Positions 59,911 to 64,000 of a stretch of 64,000 nt of DNA are shown here, one piece after another (position 1 is the stretch's first letter; each line of letters starts with the position of its first letter). The notes beneath the pieces were generated by a model that worked only from the letters and a program-made list of their open reading frames with translations, had not been told where the DNA came from and made no database searches. The position numbers and the translations under genes were made by a program. The DNA is from Desulfomonilia bacterium (GTDB taxonomy: Bacteria > Desulfobacterota > Desulfomonilia > UBA1062), in NCBI GenBank assembly GCA_050014195.1, contig JBEKDT010000001.1, positions 410,024 to 474,023 on the forward strand, written 5' to 3'.

Positions 59911-61036
59911 AGTGCTCTTCCACAAAGCCTTTCCCTGCTAAATAGGAATCTACCTCGTGGCGCTCGATGCTTAGGTATTGTGCGAACAACCCCCGTGAGA
60001 TCCGTCCTTCCATCAGGCAGCGGCATGCCAGTGATACATATCTCTGTGGGAACACCGGAGGCGTCTCCTCATCCTGCGCTTCCTGCCTGAGAGACCGGTC
60101 CAACTCGCGAACCTCGGGGTCTGCAAGATGGGCCTCCACATCCTTTTTCTTCAGTTTTCCAAGATTGACCAGCCTCCACAGAATGGCTTCCATTGATACC
60201 TCAAACTCAAGGGCAAGCTCGATGAGGTCTATGATGCGTATCTCGCCTCCAACAGAGATTTCCCTGAGCGCTTCCAGAAGAGCTGTCTCGGGCAGGAGCA
60301 GGTATGAAGCAAAGATATCCGCGTACTGTTCCGGTCTCGTCTTCTTCCCTTCGCCGATCTCTTTGTGGCTGAATAACTCCCAGGTGAGTACATGAAAAAA
60401 CTCATGTGCCAGGTCGTAGTTCCTTCTCCATGGCTTATCGCTGCTGTTGATGAGGATGCCCACCCCCAGGGCATCATCCACGACACAAGCCCCGGATATG
60501 GATTTATCGAACTGCATATGAAAGATCCGGTATCTGAGTGTCTGTTCAAGAATGTTCCGTAATTTAGATGCAGGCCTGCTCCCCAGATCGAGAATGCGGT
60601 GGATATCGTGTGCAAGGTTAGCCGCACACTCATATCCATGGCTGTCGAAGTTGGTACGCTCGCAGTTGACCGGAAGCCTCCGTATCTGGGGCTTTATCTG
60701 CAGGAGTCGTTCGAGCTCGGTATAATGCTCCAGGTGCTCAAGGAAGGTACGCTCCTGCTTTTTCACATCCGTATCGGGCGATTTTCTCCACAACGGCTTG
60801 GGGTCGGGCCTTATGTCCTGATCGAAGAAGTACAGGATGTCGCGTCGGTACAGACGGGCCATTGAGATGAGCTCGTGAGCATTGATGCTGCGCTTGCCCT
60901 TCTCGATGTCCGAGAGGGTCTGGTAATTGTTGAATCCGAGCTCTTTTGAAGCTTCTTTGAGGTTGTACCCTGCGGTATCCCTGGCCGTTACGAGCCGGTC
61001 TACGAGGATCTTCTGCTTTTCTTGTGTCATAAGCAC
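59888..61036 (-). CDS. XRE-family HTH fused to an ImmA/IrrE (Peptidase_M78, COG2856) zinc metallopeptidase domain
   Basis: The N-terminal HTH_3 (LKEASKELGFNNYQTLSDIEKGKRSINAHELISMARL) is followed by an HEFFH (HExxH) motif in an ImmA/IrrE-like domain; 382 aa. Confidence 0.8.
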   Translation of the reverse strand: MLMTQEKQKILVDRLVTARDTAGYNLKEASKELGFNNYQTLSDIEKGKRSINAHELISMARLYRRDILYFFDQDIRPDPKPLWRKSPDTDVKKQERTFLEHLEHYTELERLLQIKPQIRRLPVNCERTNFDSHGYECAANLAHDIHRILDLGSRPASKLRNILEQTLRYRIFHMQFDKSISGACVVDDALGVGILINSSDKPWRRNYDLAHEFFHVLTWELFSHKEIGEGKKTRPEQYADIFASYLLLPETALLEALREISVGGEIRIIDLIELALEFEVSMEAILWRLVNLGKLKKKDVEAHLADPEVRELDRSLRQEAQDEETPPVFPQRYVSLACRCLMEGRISRGLFAQYLSIERHEVDSYLAGKGFVEEHYEKIGVA

Positions 61037-61045
61037 CCTTTGATA

Positions 61046-61064
61046 GATAAGATATTCTTATCTT
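61046..61064. promoter_or_regulatory. Near-perfect palindromic operator candidate upstream of the XRE-ImmA gene
   Basis: AGATAAGAT-ATTCTTATCT lies about 10-30 nt upstream of the start codon at 61036. A TATAAT-like hexamer sits next to it at 61071-61078. Confidence 0.4.
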
Positions 61065-61234
61065 TTCCATTATAATATCGTCAATAGAATAAGATTAATT
61101 TATGGTCTTGTCAAGAGTTGGTTGTCTGTGAAATGTGTATCTATGTGGTATCAATTTCATGATTGATGATTATTTTGGAAAAGGAGATCTATGGGGAGGA
61201 TCACTCGGTACGACCCGTTAGAAACGTCCCCTTT

Positions 61235-61753
61235 TTACCCCTGCTCCAGGATGAACCGGAAATCGCAATGTGGTGCTCCCTGCATGATGGTCTGAGTTCG
61301 CAACAGCCTTATCCGAGGGTTGAAGCCCCTCGCAAATGGTTCATCCCGGCTGCAGGAAAGGCAGAAGCCGAACTCCCTCAAGCCCATCCTGTCATACAGC
61401 TCGACATAGCCACAGCGGATCACATCGAAGCTCAGCTTCAGCTCGGACTCTTCACGCATACGAATCACAATGGCATCATCTTCGGACCATATTTCCTTTA
61501 CCACGCGGCTCAATTCTCTCAGGGAATTCCCGCCGTACTTATCGGCCATCATCCTGCCTGAGGCCAGCGCATCGGCCTGAATAGCCGCAGTTGCGGCTTC
61601 CATGGCTTTATCATGACCCAGAACACTTCCGAATCCCCTTATGAGACACGCTGCTATCGGCGCTTGAATCTCCCGGCGCATGAGATGGCTGATCGCAAGC
61701 GAAGGTTGTTGAATGTTCTGACTGTCGGGGCTGTGCTGGTCTTCTCTGCTCAT
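61235..61753 (-). CDS. L-2-amino-thiazoline-4-carboxylic acid hydrolase-like family protein
   Basis: C-terminal CLSCSRD...GAPHCDFRF resembles the ATC-hydrolase family motif; 172 aa. This is a moderate-confidence family guess. Confidence 0.45.
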   Translation of the reverse strand: MSREDQHSPDSQNIQQPSLAISHLMRREIQAPIAACLIRGFGSVLGHDKAMEAATAAIQADALASGRMMADKYGGNSLRELSRVVKEIWSEDDAIVIRMREESELKLSFDVIRCGYVELYDRMGLREFGFCLSCSRDEPFARGFNPRIRLLRTQTIMQGAPHCDFRFILEQG

Positions 61754-61964
61754 CTCTTTCCCTATATTTCAGATGGTTCCCTGCAGCCTGCTGCAGGGTC
61801 CTTAACTTCCTCGCCCCTCGAGGGAGTGATTCGGGACATCCATGTCCCTCACCCTGAAGGGCGCACGTAAAGTGCGTCCAATTCGTCTATCCTGACGAAT
61901 TGTGGACCGAGGAGAGGGGGAACCGAATAACCCTTCGCTTCCCCGCAGCTTCATTTGCCCGATC

Positions 61965-62618
61965 TTATCGCACATCTTTCCCTGCAAACCGGGCTCCCAT
62001 TTCAAAGGCCTTTCTGCAATCTTCCGGAAACACCTCTCTGCGCCTTTTAGCCTTTTTCACGGGATCAAACCGGGATGAAACCACTTTTGCATAATCCTCG
62101 AACTGATAGGTATCGAAACAGAAGAGCGACTCGGACGCGCCGAATATCATCTGCAGAACCATCTCCTGTATGCCCAGGTGCAGGGCGTAGCCCCATTCTT
62201 TCAGCTCCTCTTCCTTGATATTCATCGTATAGATCAACCCGGTATGAATCTTTCTCGGGAAGATCGCCTGGTATGGATCCGTATACGCGGTGAAGGGGAA
62301 CATCAGGCGCTCCATGAACGATTTCATCTCTCCGGTAACCGTTCCGAAATAAATCGGGGAGCCAAGGATGACGGCATCGGCTTCTTCGACTTTTTTGAAC
62401 ACAGGAGCCAGATCATCTTTTACCGCGCACCTGCCGTAACTCTTTCCACCTATGGTCTTGCAGGCAAAACAGCTTATGCAGCCTTTATAGTTCAGATCGT
62501 AGAGATGAATGAGCTCGGTTTCAGCCCCCTGTGACGAAGCCCCTTCCAGGGCCTTTTCAAGCAGAGTTGCCGTATTCCATTTCTTTCTCGGACTTCCGTT
62601 TATTGCCATGACCTTCAT
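61965..62618 (-). CDS. Flavodoxin-like fold NAD(P)H-dependent FMN reductase
   Basis: MKVMAINGSPRKKWNTATLL. A strong Shine-Dalgarno sequence AAGGAGGTGA lies just upstream of the ATG at 62618 on the minus strand; 217 aa. Confidence 0.75.
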   Translation of the reverse strand: MKVMAINGSPRKKWNTATLLEKALEGASSQGAETELIHLYDLNYKGCISCFACKTIGGKSYGRCAVKDDLAPVFKKVEEADAVILGSPIYFGTVTGEMKSFMERLMFPFTAYTDPYQAIFPRKIHTGLIYTMNIKEEELKEWGYALHLGIQEMVLQMIFGASESLFCFDTYQFEDYAKVVSSRFDPVKKAKRRREVFPEDCRKAFEMGARFAGKDVR

Positions 62619-63102
62619 AGGCTTCACCTCCTTATTTATGTTACAATACAAAAATAAAAATGGATTGACAATGAGAGTAGGGAGAGTTCTTTATTTCAGA
62701 TAGAAACGTCCCCTTATATTTGAAGGTGCTTATCCAGGCAGTAAAACGTAATATCGACCGTTTTCTGATGATTTTATGTTTCAACTTTCCAGAGAAGAAT
62801 TTGAAAACTTGAGGTCACAAATTGTGACCTTAAATAGAGGCGGCCGTCGCTATCTCCCTTATGCATTCACAGAACAAGGCTTGATGCAAGGCGAACAAGC
62901 CGATGAAATCCGGGGACACCATTGCTTGTGATGCTGATATATACCGTTTCAAGTTATCACCCGATGCCTAATGCCTCATCAGGAACAATTCAAGATACTT
63001 GTATATCACAAAAAGAAAACCCGTTATTGCAGTCAAGATAGCTACAAACATTTTCAGCTTTTCCATATGTACGCCCCCGCCCTTTCTTTCCAATGGGAAG
63101 AG

Positions 63103-63607
63103 CTATATAGATTCTTGAGCACCAATATCGATTATCCTTTGTTTAAGAGCATTTATAATATCTTGAGGAATTTCCTTGTATTTCTTAAGCAATCCTTTTA
63201 CGACGTAATACGGGTTTAAAATCAGTATGTAATTGTAATCACCTGATGCACCTGGTTTCGCCTCAATAAATCCAAGTTCTGTTAATATTTTCATTCGATC
63301 TTTCCATGTCCTTTCTGCTCTTTCTCCTGTAAAGCCGGATTCAAGGGCAAACATTCTTGGATTATCGATTGTCACCATTGCCTCATCAAAAACATGGTGC
63401 CACAAGGCCATATAGGTCGATGATAAGGGTTTGCCTGAAGAGAGATGGTTCATTATGAGGCAGAAGTACGTCAATGTCCTCGGAATTGTTGTATAACCAT
63501 CACTGGTTTTTCTGTTCCACAGCTTATCTTCAGGAATCTCATTCCAAAGCTGATCTCTGAGGTCCATTTTTTTCTTATGAATTCTTTGTGATCTTTTCTG
63601 TGACATT
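63103..63607 (-). CDS. Hypothetical protein in an AT-rich islet
   Basis: An ORF of 168 aa (from MSQKRSQR) to 194 aa with a basic N-terminus. No family was recognised. Confidence 0.4.
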
Positions 63608-63818
63608 GTTTTCTCCTTTCTTTCAAGTATTATATTGCTGACTAATATATTATTAAGCAAGCAATAACAAGGACTTATGTAATACAAATAAAATAAGCAT
63701 GCCCGTGTTAACTGTTATCTCGATATATCAGTAGGCAAATACATGTCAACTCAATATTCAATAGGAATAAAAAGGCGTTATAAAAATCAATTGCTCCTAT
63801 AAATTCAAAATGATTGCG

Positions 63819-63869
63819 ATTTTGCACTGTGCTCTATGTGCTTATAGTGCTTATTTGTGCTGCTTGTCC
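63819..63869. repeat. Iteron-like direct repeats (GTGCT at 9-10 bp spacing)
   Basis: GTGCT at 63819, 63828, 63837, 63847 and 63865, with the first four in helical phase (TGTGCTCTA / TGTGCTTAT / AGTGCTTAT / TGTGCTGCT), in the AT-rich region upstream of the 63103-63607 gene. Confidence 0.35.
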
Positions 63870-64000
63870 TCATGGTGCTCATGTGGGTTCCAAGGGAGGC
63901 ACTATCTGATACATAAAATTATGGATCATGATAATTAAAGATACCATTACCTTAAAGAGATGAGGGTCAGGTCCCAACAATTAACACCCTTCTTGAAGCT

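Overview
This 64 kb window looks like a chromosomal segment of an anaerobic, sigma-54-using bacterium. It is inferred to be Desulfobacterota/deltaproteobacteria-like, with low certainty. Supporting clues are CCG/heterodisulfide-reductase-like Fe-S domains, flavoredoxin, 2-oxoacid:ferredoxin oxidoreductase, and many sigma-54 components. Gene density is high, and most genes are recognisable housekeeping genes. From the low-coordinate end these are: metG (5' part, minus strand) with a PSP1/RicT-like gene; a tightly packed plus-strand run exbB/exbD-like, REC, glgC, rimO, kdsD; a flavin-reductase gene; acyl-CoA dehydrogenase; a minus-strand thrC-metK-ahcY block; purC; purH-purD-purE-tsaC; enoyl-CoA hydratase; a ferredoxin; a roughly 1000-aa FAD-oxidase/Fe-S/CCG fusion next to flavoredoxin and a FadL porin; trxA; a Crp/Fnr regulator; a divergent B12-radical-SAM | MarR-glycosyltransferase pair; the conserved minus-strand kdsA-kdsC-lptC-lptA-lptB-rpoN-hpf block; korAB and an SDR; a sigma-70-family factor; an NtrC-type sigma-54 activator; a PEP-CTERM-like small protein; Nramp (mntH-like) plus a cytosolic MgtE_N/CBS protein; a hybrid histidine kinase; recD2; and a methyltransferase. 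Several AT-rich islets carry atypical genes: 7.6-9.25 kb, 45.2-45.5 kb, 48.1-49.75 kb and 62.65-64 kb. The most system-like novelty is a same-strand cassette at 57.8-61.1 kb. It encodes an XRE-HTH/ImmA-IrrE metallopeptidase fusion, a PIN-like nuclease, and a short XPF/ERCC4-(HhH)2 nuclease. The cassette abuts a 5'-truncated DUF4143 gene and carries a palindromic operator upstream, which fits a signal-derepressed nuclease (defense or toxin-antitoxin-like) module. No rRNA, tRNA, CRISPR array, transposase or integrase was recognised. Gene starts are approximate because the ORF track uses alternative starts.
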